Source of the DNA: Eledone cirrhosa
Taxonomy: Eukaryota
NCBI GenBank assembly: GCA_964016885.1
Contig: OZ024746.1
Location: 91,574,001-91,638,000, forward strand
Length of the DNA stretch: 64,000 bases
Reading direction: 5' to 3'
The translations under genes and the position numbers were made by a program. A model generated the notes under the pieces. It did not search any database. It saw only the letters and a list, made by a program, of their open reading frames with translations, and was not told the origin of the DNA. This document shows positions 52,772-64,000 of this stretch, in pieces. The stretch's first letter is position 1. Every line of letters starts with the position of its first letter.

Positions 52772-52889
52772 ATTATATATATATATGTGTGTGTGTATTA
52801 TATATATATATGTGTGTGTGTATTATATATATATGTGTGTGTGTGTATTATATATGTGTGTGTGTGTGTATTATGTGTGTGTGTGTGTA

Positions 52890-52927
<38 letters not shown>

Positions 52928-52960
52928 ATATCAAGTTATGATATAGTCTCTTTTCTCATT

Positions 52961-55098
52961 CTATCAACATATCTTTCTATCAACATATCTTTCTATCAAC
53001 ATATCTTTCTATCAACAAATCTTTCTATCATATCTTTCTATCAACATATCTTTCTATCAACATATCTTTCTATCAACATATCTTTCTATCAACATATCTT
53101 TCTATCAACATATCTTTCTATCAACATATCTTTCTATCAACATATCTTTCTATCAACACATCTTTCTATCAACATATCTTTATATCAATATATCTTTCTA
53201 TCAACATATCTTTCTATCATATCTTTCTATCAACATATCTTTCTATCATATCTTTCTATCATATCTTTCTATCAACATATCTTTCTATCATATCTTTCTA
53301 TCATATCTTTCTATCAACATATCTTTCTATCAACATATCTTTCTATCAACATATCTTTCTATCAACATATCTTTCTATCAACATATCTTTCTATCAACAT
53401 ATCTTTCTATCAACATATCTTTCTATCATATCTTTCTATCAACATATCTTTCTATCAACATATCTTTCTATCATATCTTTCTATCAACATATCTTTCTAT
53501 CATATCTTTCTATCAACATATCTTTCTATCATATCTTTCTATCAACATATCTTTCTATCATATCTTTCTATCAACATATCTTTCTATCAACATATCTTTC
53601 TATCAACATATCTTTCTATATCTTTCTATCATATCTTTCTATCAATATATCTTTCTATCAACATATCTTTCTATCATATCTTTCTATCAATATATCTTTC
53701 TATCAATATATCTTTCTATAATATCTTTCTATCAATATATCTTTCTATCAATATATCTTTCTATCAATATATCTTTCTATCATATCTTTCTATCATATCT
53801 TTCTATCAACATATCTTTCTATCATATCTTTCTATCAATATATCTTTCTATCAACATATCTTTCTATCAACATATCTTTCTATCAACATATCTTTCTATC
53901 AATATATCTTTCTATCAATATATCTTTCTATCAACATATCTTTCTATCAACATATCTTTCTATCAACATATCTTTCTATCAACATATCTTTCTATCATAT
54001 CTTTCTATCAACATATCTTTCTATCAACATATCTTTCTATCAACATATCTTTCTATCATATCTTTCTATCAACATATCTTTCTATCATATCTTTCTATCA
54101 ACATATCTTTCTATCAACATATCTTTCTATCATATCTTTCTATCAACATATCTTTCTATCATATCTTTCTATCAACATATCTTTCTATCAACATATCTTT
54201 CTATCATATCTTTCTATCAACATATCTTTCTATCAACATATCTTTCTATCATATCTTTCTATCAACATATCTTTCTATCATATCTTTCTATCAACATATC
54301 TTTCTATCAACATATCTTTCTATCAACATATCTTTCTATCAACATATCTTTCTATCATATCTTTCTATCAACATATCTTTCTATCAACATATCTTTCTAT
54401 CATATCTTTCTATCATATCTTTCTATCAACATATCTTTCTATCATATCTTTCTATCAATCTATCTTTCTATCAACATATCTTTCTATCAACATATCTTTC
54501 TATCATATCTTTCTATCAATATATCTTTCTATCAACATATCTTTCTATCAACATATCTTTCTATCATATCTTTCTATCAACATATCTTTCTATCAACATA
54601 TCTTTCTATCAACATATCTTTCTATCATATCTTTCTATCAACATATCTTTCTATCAACATATCTTTCTATCAACATATCTTTCTATCAACATATCTTTCT
54701 ATCATATCTTTCTATCATATCTTTCTATCATATCTTTCTATCATATCTTTCTATCATATCTTTCTATCAACATATCTTTCTATCAACATATCTTTCTATC
54801 ATATCTTTCTATCAACATATCTTTCTATCATATCTTTCTATCAACATATCTTTCTATCAACATATCTTTCTATCATATCTTTCTATCAACATATCTTTCT
54901 ATCAACATATCTTTCTATCAACATATCTTTCTATCATATCTTTCTATCAACATATCTTTCTATCATCATATCTTTCTATCATATCTTTCTATCATATCTT
55001 TCTATCAATATATCTTTCTATCAACATATCTTTCTATCAATATATCTTTCTATCAATATATCTTTCTATCAATATATCTTTCTATCAACATATCTTTC
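52961..55098. repeat. 2.1-kb minisatellite of 16-bp (ctatcaacatatcttt) and 13-bp (ctatcatatcttt) units
   Basis: Direct reading. Confidence 0.97.
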
Positions 55099-55481
55099 GA
55101 TCCATCTCTACGACCGACTGAAGGAAGACATTGTATAAAATAAGGAGATGAAAGGAAGAAAAGAGCAGTTTCGGTAACAGGGAGGAAGAGGAAGTCAATG
55201 GTGAATAAGAGTAGAAGAAAACAACTGAAGTGATAGTGTTAAAGAGGGAGAGTGAGAGAGGGAGGGAGAGAGGGAGGGTGTGTGAGAGAGGGAGATGTGT
55301 GGGAGAGAGTGGGAAGAGTGAGGGAGTGTGTGAGAGGGTGTGGGAAGGAGTGAGGGAGTGTGTGAGAGGGAGTGTGTGGGAAGGAGAGTGTGTGGGAAGG
55401 AGAATGTGTGAGTGAGAGAGTGAGTGTATGGAAAATAGTATGAATGTAAGAGAGAGTATGATAAAGAGAGAGAGGGAGATA

Positions 55482-56670
55482 TAGTAAGAGTGTAAGAGAG
55501 ACGAAATAGTAAGAGTGTAAGAGAGAGACGAAGAACTAGTAAGAGTGTAAGAGAGAGACGGAGAACTAGTAAGAGTGTAAGAGAGAGACGGAGAACTAGT
55601 AAGAGTGTAAGAGAGACGAAGAACTAGTAAGAGTGTAAGAGAGAGGGAGAACTAGTAAGAGTGTAAGGGAGAGTATGATAGAGTAAGAGTGTAAGAGAGA
55701 GAGCGAGAAATAGTAAGAGTGTAAGAAGAGTATGATAGAGTATGATAGAGTAAGAGTGTAAGGGAGAGTATGATAGAGTAAGAGTGTAAGAGAGAGAGCG
55801 AGAAATAGTAAGAGTGTAAGAAGAGTATGATAGAGTAAGAGTGTAAGGGAGAGTATGATAGAGTAAGAGTGTAAGAGAGAGAGCGAGAAATAGTAAGAGT
55901 GTAAGAAGAGTATGATAGAGTAAGAGTGTAAGGGAGAGTATGATAGAGTAAGAGTGTAAGAGAGAGAGCGAGAAATAGTAAGAGTGTAAGAAGAGTATGA
56001 TAGAGTAAGAGTGTAAGGGAGAGTATGATAGAGTAAGAGTGTAAGGGAGAGTATGATAGAGTAAGAGTGTAAGAGAGAGAGAGAGAGGGAGAACTAGTAA
56101 GAGTGTAAGGGAGAGTATGATAGAGTAAGAGTGTAAGAGAGAGAGCGAGAAATAGTAAGAGTGTAAGAAGAGTATGATAGAGTAACAGTGTAAGGGAGAG
56201 TATGATAGAGTAAGAGTGTAAGGGAGAGTATGATAGAGTAAGAGTGTAAGAGAGAGAGAGAGAGGGAGAACTAGTAAGAGTGTAAGGGAGAGTATGATAG
56301 AGTAAGAGTGTAAGAGAGAGAGCGAGAAATAGTAAGAGTGTAAGAAGAGTATGATAGAGTAAGAGTGTAAGGGAGAGTATGATAGAGTAAGAGTGTAAGA
56401 GAGAGAGCGAGAAATAGTAAGAGTGTAAGAAGAGTATGATAGAGTAAGAGTGTAAGGGAGAGTATGATAGAGTAAGAGTGTAAGGGAGAGTATGATAGAG
56501 TGTCAGGGAGAGTATGATAGAGTAAGAGTGTAAGGGAGAGTATGATAGAGTAAGAGTGTCAGGGAGAGTATGATAGAGTAAGAGTGTAAGGGAGAGTATG
56601 ATAGAGTAAGAGTGTAAGGGAGAGTATGATAGAGTAAGAGTGTAAGGGAGAGTATGATAGAGTAAGAGAG
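55482..56670. repeat. 27-30 bp minisatellite (core agtaagagtgtaag) with higher-order structure
   Basis: The marker gcgagaaat recurs at spacings of 95, 85, 85, 177, 177 and 85 bp. Confidence 0.95.
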
Positions 56671-56855
56671 AATATAACGATTAATAAAAGAAAAGCAAAG
56701 AAAACAGTTTTGCTAATTGATACTAATTTAAATCAACAAATACAATATACATTTTTAATTTCAGTCAGGAAGAGAGAAATAATTGTTTAATGTAATAATA
56801 ATATTATTACTAATAAAACAAATATTGCTGTTAGTAATAGTATTATAGTAACTTG

Positions 56856-57988
56856 TGGCAGTGGTTAGAGAGTTGAAGAAAATGTTTTGCGTTATTTAGC
56901 TACAACCCTCTCACTTTCTGCCCTCATGACATCTCAGCCGGGTCTATAATAGATCACATAAGTACTTGGGTCGATACAACCAACTTCCCCTCCCCCTAAA
57001 TTACTGGCCCTTAAGTACTTGGGTCGATACAACCAACTTCCCCTCCCCCTAAATTACTGGCCCTTAAGTACTTGGGTCGATACAACCAACTTCCCCTCCC
57101 CCTAAATTGCTGGCCCTTAAGTACTTGGGTCGATACAACCAACTTCCCCTCCCCCTAAATTGCTGGCCCTTAAGTACTTGGGTCGATACAACCAGCTTCC
57201 CCTCCCCCTAAATTGCTGGCCCTTAAGTACTTGGGTCGATACAACCAGCTTCCCCTCCCCCTAAATTGCTGGCCCTTAAATACTTGGGTCGATACAACCA
57301 ACTTCCCCTCCCCCTAAATTGCTGGCCCTTAAGTACTTGGGTCGATACAACCAACTTCCCCTCCCCCTAAATTACTGGCCCTTAAATACTTGGGTCGATA
57401 CAACCAACTTCCCCTCCCCTTAAATTGCTGGCCCTTAAGTACTTTGTCGATACAACCAGCTTCCTCTCCCTCTAAATTACTGGCCCTTAAGTACTTTGTC
57501 GATACAACCAGCTTCCCCTCCCCCTAAATTGCTGGCCCTTAAGTACTTGGGTTGATACAACCAACTTTCCCTCCCCTTAAATTACTGGCCCTTAAATACT
57601 TGGGTCGATACAACCAGCTTCCCCTCCCCCTAAATTGCTGGCCCTTAAGTACTTGGGTCGATACAACCAGCTTCCCCTCCCCCTAAATTGCTGGCCCTTA
57701 AGTACTTGGGTCGATACAACCAACTTCCCCTCCCCCTAAATTGCTGGCCCTTAAGTACTTGGGTCGATACAACCAGCTTCCCCTCCCCCTAAATTGCTGG
57801 CCCTTAAGTACTTGGGTCGATACAACCAGCTTCCCCTCCCCCTAAATTGCTGGCCCTTAAGTACTTGGGTCGATACAACCAGCTTCCCCTCCCCCTAAAT
57901 TGCTGGCCCTTAAATACTTGGGTCGATACAACCAGCTTCCCCTCCCCCTAAATTGCTGGCCCTTGTGCCAATGTTAGAAAAAATTATT
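56856..57988 (+). mobile_element. SINE B-related copy whose 3' part is amplified into a 53-bp array, about 19 copies (56959-57962)
   Basis: Degenerate head tggcagtggttag; the unit ends aaattgctggccct and the last unit continues into the SINE end tgtgccaatgttagaaaaaattatt. Confidence 0.85.
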
Positions 57989-58480
57989 TCTTCTAATTTA
58001 AGATTTGCTAAAGTCCTTAGTGTTTCTTCCGGCGACCCCTTTTGCTTTTCATCCTTCCGAGATTGAAAACAAAGTACCAGTCAAATACTGGAGTCGATTT
58101 AATCAACCTGTGCGTAAAGTAGAAACCATTGTCACTGCTAATTTAAGGCAAGACAATTCGGAAGAGAGACCAGTTATCTACCTCAATATCAAAACCGTCT
58201 TAAAACATGGGAACACAAGGCATTTGTTGCCCGCGGCACCAAAGGGTCGTCAGGCCGCATCCTAATCTATGTATGCTCTGGTTGGGACCCAGCAGATCAA
58301 GGGGTCCAACGTTAATCTATATATGCTGCGGTTGTGTATATAGGGGCCCTAGTGCATTGCTTTTTGAGAGAGGAAGGCACCGAATGTAGGGACCCAATGC
58401 TACTCTATATATACTCTACTTTCCCAAGTATTGAGTACTCAGCTTAATATGGTCTTACTATTCTAACTGGTAACTCCCAA

Positions 58481-58521
<41 letters not shown>

Positions 58522-58721
58522 ATATAAACATACAGAACCCCTAATAAGGGAGGGAGTTTATCTGGTACATAGGTCCAGGACCCGGAGTGCCAAGCCAAGG
58601 GGTCTACAAACATCTGACGCCTCCTTCTATCCCTAAAAAGAAAGAAAAATAAACTTCCCACACTTGAATTTCGAAAATACTCTCCCCTACCCACAGTCAT
58701 ATTGCAAAAATTATTTGAAAC

Positions 58722-58752
<31 letters not shown>

Positions 58753-58878
58753 ACTTTGCAACCACATGGTCCCAGGTTGCATCCCTACTGCGCAACATCT
58801 TGGGTAAATACTACCATAGCCTTGGGGGTGACTAACTTTTGAGTGAAATTTGGTAGAGAGGAGAAACTCTGGAAACTC

Positions 58879-59295
58879 GTGGTGATGTGTGGTGTGGTGT
58901 GGTGGTGGTGGTGGTGGTGATGTGTGGTGTGGTGTGGTGGTGGTGGTGGTGATGTGTGGCGTGGTGTGGTGTGGTGTGGTGGTGGTGATGTGTGGTGTGG
59001 TGTGGTGTGGTGGTGGTGATGTGTGGTGTGGTGTGGTGTGGTGGTGGTGATGTGTGGGTGTGGTGGTGATGTGTGGGTGTGTGTGGTGATATATGTGTGT
59101 GTGTGAGTGTGTGTGGTGATGGTGATATATGTGTGTGTGAGTGTGTGTGGTGATGGTGATATATGTGTGTGTGAGTGTGTGTGGTGATGGTGATATATGT
59201 GTGTGTGAGTGTGTGTGGTGATGGAGATATATGTGTGTGTGAGTGTGTGTGGTGATGGTGATATATGTGCGTGCGTGCGTGTGCGCGTGCGTGTG
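58879..59295. repeat. (GTG/GTGTG)n low complexity with units of about 31 bp
   Basis: Direct reading. Confidence 0.9.
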
Positions 59296-59809
59296 CCTCT
59301 CTCTTTCTTTCACCTATGTATGAGAGTAAAGGATATAAACATGAGCGAGAAACCGGAAAAAAAGCCCGCGCCCTCAGAAATGCAGTGAACCAGTGATTAT
59401 TCTTTTGAAAGAGGCTATTGTTTACAGACTATAATTAAGAAAAAAAATTGTTTCCATTGTAGCTCAGTATAACTACCTAATAACAATAACAAGAATCTGG
59501 TAATGTATAGCAATACACATTGGCTGGCATGTAACACAAGTATTTACCACCCCAGGGTAATGATTGCTCATCACCAACTTGCTCAGTATTACCACCCGGC
59601 ATTAATCAAGGAATGGGCACTTATTTTGTTTGTGTGTTTGGCCTAATATCGCAGCCAGGACCAGACTTGGGCCGAATATCCCCCAACCTCGTCTCGACAC
59701 ACACACACACATTGTAATATACATGTAAACATTATCCACTGGGATATCACATTAGAATACTCTATTCACAGCTCGTCAAATATACATGTAATAGCCGGGT
59801 TGATGATGA

Positions 59810-60226
59810 CTTGGAGGTCAGACTCCCTGTGGGCCATGTGGGATGGATGGGGAACTCTGTTCGGGGAAACGAAGCGGCGCAGGCTTCTCAAGAGGTTCAA
59901 AGACTGCGTGAAGTCCAGTATCAACAACACTGGAATCGACCCAAAACAACTCGAGTCCTATGCTCAGGACTGAGTGGCGAGCCCTTACCAGACGCGCCAA
60001 ATACTCTTTTGAAGAGAAGAGACGGGCAGCGGTCACTGAGGCCCGTGAAAGGAGGAGAAAGGCATCAACAGCTGCCCCAAGCGACTCTGGTCTCTTCCCC
60101 TGCCCCCACTGTCCCCAGACCTGCAAGTCAAGGATCGGCCTCCACAGCCACCTTCGTGCCCACGGCAGACGGGAACTAAAATAAAGAAGATGTCATCATC
60201 GTTTACGATGGACAACCAAGAAGAGA
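59810..60226 (+). mobile_element. 3' fragment of another RTE-type LINE with a C-terminal C2H2 finger
   Basis: GHV.., KRFKDCVKSSINNTGIDPKQLE, EWRALTRR, FPCPHCPQTCKSRIGLHSHLRAH*; 3' stem-loop catcgt/acgatg then aagaagag. Confidence 0.85.
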
Positions 60227-60473
60227 CCCAACTGGGTTCCTCACCGCCTAAGACTAAACCACAGTTCAGTTAAATCGATCAAGAAATGTCTACCAGAAGA
60301 AAAATGTCCAAATTTGCTCACAATGATTTGTGCATTAAAAGATGGTGTATTAAAAGATGAAAAGCACCTCAAGGTACCCGCTGTCAACAGATGGAGAATA
60401 CCAAAACCTCTTAGCAGCTAAGATAAAACTGAATTTGGTCTTCTGCCATTCTCTAGTTCAGGGTACTGATTAT

Positions 60474-60986
60474 TAGAGGCGTGACTAGGGTATGGCAAGT
60501 ATGGCATGTACCATGGGCCCCACATGAAGGGAGCGCCACTTGAACTAGGAGCAGGTTCAATTAAAGTCAAATAAGCCTCGTCAGAGAGTGAAAAAAGAAA
60601 CTGTCTCTGATTATCATGAGTGAGAACACTGGTGGCTGGATCATTAAACCATTTATATAAATTATTAGACCTCCATAGGTAAAAATAGTGCTGGGTAGGG
60701 TCACAATTTCACTGCTTGCCATAGGTGCTATTTCCCCTAGTTATGCCTCAAGACAGGGGTTACAATTTCACTGCTTGCCATAGGGGCTATTTCCCCTAGT
60801 TATGCCTCTGGACAGAGTCAGAATTTCACTGCTTGCCATAGGTGCTATTTCCCCTAAGCATGCCTCAGGACAGGGGTCACAATTTCACTGCTTGCCATAG
60901 GGGCTATTTCCCCTAGTTATACCTCTGGACTGGGGTCACAATTTCACTGCTTGCCATAGGTGCTATTTCCCCTAGTTATGCCTCTA
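60474..60986. mobile_element. hAT-like MITE with its right end amplified as a 59-bp unit, 5 copies
   Basis: TIRs tagaggcgtgactaggg / ccctagttatgcctcta; no clear TSD. Confidence 0.65.
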
Positions 60987-61907
60987 GTTATATATCACTG
61001 TTTGTTGAAGGCAGTATTTTTACGACAGTCTTCAAGTACAGTGAAAATAAATAAATGATAAAATAGAACAGCTGCCTAGCCCACCGAGAGTGTGATTAAA
61101 TAAATTTTATTTATTACAACGCGATGTGTTTTCAAACAGGTTACATATTAATTCTATGTTAAGATGGGTTACATGCTAGTTACAAACATATGTTGTCATT
61201 CAAACATGACGTCTATTTTATGAAAGGCTGTTTAAATGTACTTGCTCAACAGACTGTTTCAGTGCACAGTACACCACTGAGATTTAGATGAAAATGAATG
61301 ACAACCAATGTATAAATCGAAAAGAGATGATTATTGCTGTTGTTAATGATGTCAGATAACTTCAACCATACCAAACTACTTGGAATTTAGGAATTTAACA
61401 AAAAACAAACTGTTATGTCTGATTCAAAAGGAAGATGGCGATGTTTCTTGTTGTACTGTTTGACAATAACATGTCTGTGTTCAAATCATGCTATTGTCAT
61501 CTATAATTCATATAGTTGAAGGTAGAATCTCTCTCTCTCTCATATATATAACCAAATGAAGAAGATATATGTATTTCTAGAGAGAGAAAGAACCGTATAT
61601 CGTATTAAAAACACGGTATAGTATATATATATACCAAATATATATTTTATAGAAGAATATGTACACAAGTAGATATATATGTTTTGCAAGAGATGTCAAC
61701 ATGAATGGACCTGTTATTTTTATCTAAAGACATCTCGCCCATCCCCTCAATCTATTTTATTTCTCATTCTTTCTTCTGATGAAGGACTAGCGTCCAAAAC
61801 GACCCTCTTTCTGCTATATCAAGCGTTAACCTAATATATACCTTCCATATACTGTACCGATTGTGTTGTTATTTCTGTTTACCTTTTACACACATATATA
61901 TATCCAT

Positions 61908-62023
61908 CCGTATGTGGTTGACGGTTGAGGGAATAGGAGTACTCAATACCGAAGTAGAGTTTTAATATTCAATATTATTAAGGCTAAGAAGACTTACTTT
62001 TTAGCCTTAATAATATTGAATAT
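61908..62023. mobile_element. Short fold-back terminus (tail motif plus a hairpin of about 25 bp)
   Basis: agtactcaat then atattcaatattattaaggctaa / ttagccttaataatattgaatat; (TA)n flank. Confidence 0.55.
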
Positions 62024-62249
62024 ATATATATATATATATGTAAGTATGTATGTATATGTACATACATATATGTATACAGACGTACAGAAGTATGTATATA
62101 TATACATACATGTACACATATATATATGTACGTATCGGTTTACCGAACATTTATTATAATGTTCGGTTTGTTTGTAAACAAACAGCCCGAATTAAGCCGT
62201 ACAGTGTTTAGCAACCATCGTTGCCTTTTTGTTCAACACTGACAAAGGA

Positions 62250-62292
62250 ACGATGTACTAGTTTCAAGCTTATTAGCTATCGTCAGCATCGT
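62250..62292 (-). ncRNA. Minimal type I hammerhead ribozyme
   Basis: Reverse complement of 62660-62702. Confidence 0.85.
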
Positions 62293-62659
62293 ATACCTTT
62301 CTGCCAGATTGAACGTCTGAAAGTATATACTTTCCTTATGCATACAAACAAACCGAACATTATAATAAATGTTCGGTAAACCGATACGTACATATATATA
62401 TGTGTACATGTATGTATATATATACATACTACTGTACGTCTGTATACATATATGTATGTACGTATACATACATACTTACATTTAAGTAACTGCCGTACTA
62501 AGTGTGAGAAATGAAATTTCGTTTCATTTTTTCCATTTATCGTTTTCGGTGCGCCCGGCCGACTGAACTCACTCTAAATGCAAATTAGGCTGCTCAGCCG
62601 TTAATATGCATAAGGAAAGTATATACTTTCAGACGTTCAATCATCTGGCAGGAAGGTAT

Positions 62660-62702
62660 ACGATGCTGACGATAGCTAATAAGCTTGAAACTAGTACATC
62701 GT
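62660..62702 (+). ncRNA. Minimal type I hammerhead ribozyme
   Basis: acgatg-CTGACGA-t agct aata agct t-GAAA-ctag-TA|catcgt; palindromic ACTAGT stem III. Confidence 0.88.
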
Positions 62703-63038
62703 TCCTTTGTCAGTGTTGAACAAAAAGGCAACGATGGTTGCTAAACACTGTACGGCTTAATTCGGGCTGTTTGTTTACAAACAAACCGAACATTATAATA
62801 AATGTTCGGTAAACCGATACGTACATATATATATGTGTACATGTATGTATATATATACATACTACTGTACGTCTGTATACATATAAGTATATACGTATAC
62901 ATACATACTTACATTTAAGTAACTGCCGTACTAAGAGTGAGAAATGAAATTTCGTTTCATTTTTTCCATTTATATATATATATATATATATAAAATAAAA
63001 TAAATAAGTCAAATGTTTAAAATTTGGCTTCGTTTATT

Positions 63039-63093
63039 ACTGCTATATATATTTCGGTGACAGCAATCTTTGGCTGTGACTTCTTCAGGCAGT
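63039..63093 (-). ncRNA. Minimal type I hammerhead ribozyme with two stem II substitutions
   Basis: Mirror of 63298-63352. Confidence 0.7.
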
Positions 63094-63297
63094 CCGAATT
63101 AGGGTGGTAGAGAGGAGTACACATGTTGTTGAGGTGTATAACTTTGTCAATACTCTGATATGCCCAGTTCCTGGTTGGGTTGTTATTTCCAGTTCCTCAG
63201 TGAAATAACAACCCAACCAGGAACTGGGCATATCAGAGTATTGACAAAGTTATACACCTCAACAACATGTGTACTCGTCTCTACCACACTAATTCGG

Positions 63298-63352
63298 ACT
63301 GCCTGAAGAGGTCACAGCCAAAGATGGCTGTCACCGAAATATATATAGCAGT
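63298..63352 (+). ncRNA. Minimal type I hammerhead ribozyme
   Basis: actgc-CTGAAGA-ggt c acagcc aaagat ggctgt c acc-GAAA-tatata-TA|gcagt, followed by AATAAA. Confidence 0.9.
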
Positions 63353-64000
63353 AATAAACGAAGCCAAATTTTAAACATTTGACTTATTTATTTTATTTTA
63401 CATTACTCCGGAGTAACCAAACCAACCTGCGCACTTCGTCGAGTGCTCCACTCTGCATACTAAGGTATACAACCAACATATACTCAAAATCTCTCTCTAT
63501 AGATAGATAGATAGATATTGTTATACTTGGGGAGGGTCATATTGTTGTAATAATATTGCCAGAAATAATAACAGAACACACTCACTGTTTGGTTGGTTGG
63601 TTGGTTTTTCGCTTCTGTATCTTTTATATCTCCACAGTTAATTCATTTGGTCCTCAATGTTTATCATTGACTGACCAACGGTCAAAAATACAGATATATA
63701 TATATAGTCTAACAAAGTTCTTTCGTTGCACATCTGCAACATCACCAGTGGTACTATTATGTTCCTCCTGTTCTATTGTATTGTAATGTCTACACCATTT
63801 TTATTTTATCTGTTTATTTATTTATGTCTTCGTCTCTGCGCATGCGTTTGCGTGTGTGTATGGTGTTTGATGTGTGTGTTCGCGTTTGAGTTATTGTATT
63901 CTATTTTAGTTTACGAGTGTGTGTTTATATGTGTTTGTTGTTATTGTGCTTGCGTATATATTTATTTATTTATATTTCTCTTAAGTTAGTATTGTTTGTT

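Larger units (their letters stand above)
62038..62972. mobile_element. Penelope-like pLTR array: inverted copy plus partial tandem copies
   Basis: 62038-62344 is the reverse complement of about 62606-62913; 62345-62540 directly repeats about 62777-62972. Confidence 0.8.
62991..63480. mobile_element. Fold-back pLTR-like element (about 200-bp arms) with tail
   Basis: Arms 62991-63400, centre about 63195, a few mismatches; tail contains gtcgagtgct. Confidence 0.8.

Noticed and set aside
52760-55138. 792-aa ORF
   Set aside because: The 16/13-bp repeat lacks stop codons on this strand, and the peptide cycles through all frames
56959-57962. CRISPR-like regular array (also 33483-34515 and 39090-39812)
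   Set aside because: Units are contiguous repeats without unique spacers; eukaryotic context and no cas genes
59960-60184. Host C2H2 zinc-finger gene
   Set aside because: The single finger follows frameshifted LINE C-terminal motifs and precedes a retroposon tail

Overview
AT-rich, repeat-saturated eukaryotic (animal) non-coding DNA. The SINE, LINE and microsatellite make-up resembles octopus/coleoid cephalopod genomes; this is an inference from recognising the families, not from a database search. No host protein-coding gene can be called with confidence, and almost all ORFs in the track come from simple repeats. Real coding sequence is limited to RTE-clade LINEs. One is a near-intact, 5'-truncated copy (5766-8950; APE + RT + PHD-like finger, one nonsense codon) nested inside an antisense copy of its own family, and there are fragments of several other RTE lineages. 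The window also holds at least three tRNA-derived SINE families, piggyBac-, hAT- and Tc1-like MITEs, Helitron-like ends and many minisatellites, several clearly born inside transposons. The most striking signal is a dense set of type I hammerhead ribozyme motifs: 13 with intact cores plus about 10 variant or degenerate ones, from several sequence-unrelated families. Most lie in short ORF-less fold-back elements beside (TA)n tracts, as expected for Penelope-like pLTR remnants. Many share a downstream RTTGAGTRCT tail motif, one group shares a covarying stem II with an invariant C-C mismatch, and one family carries a non-canonical CAGAAGA core. All folds were read by eye, and element boundaries are approximate.
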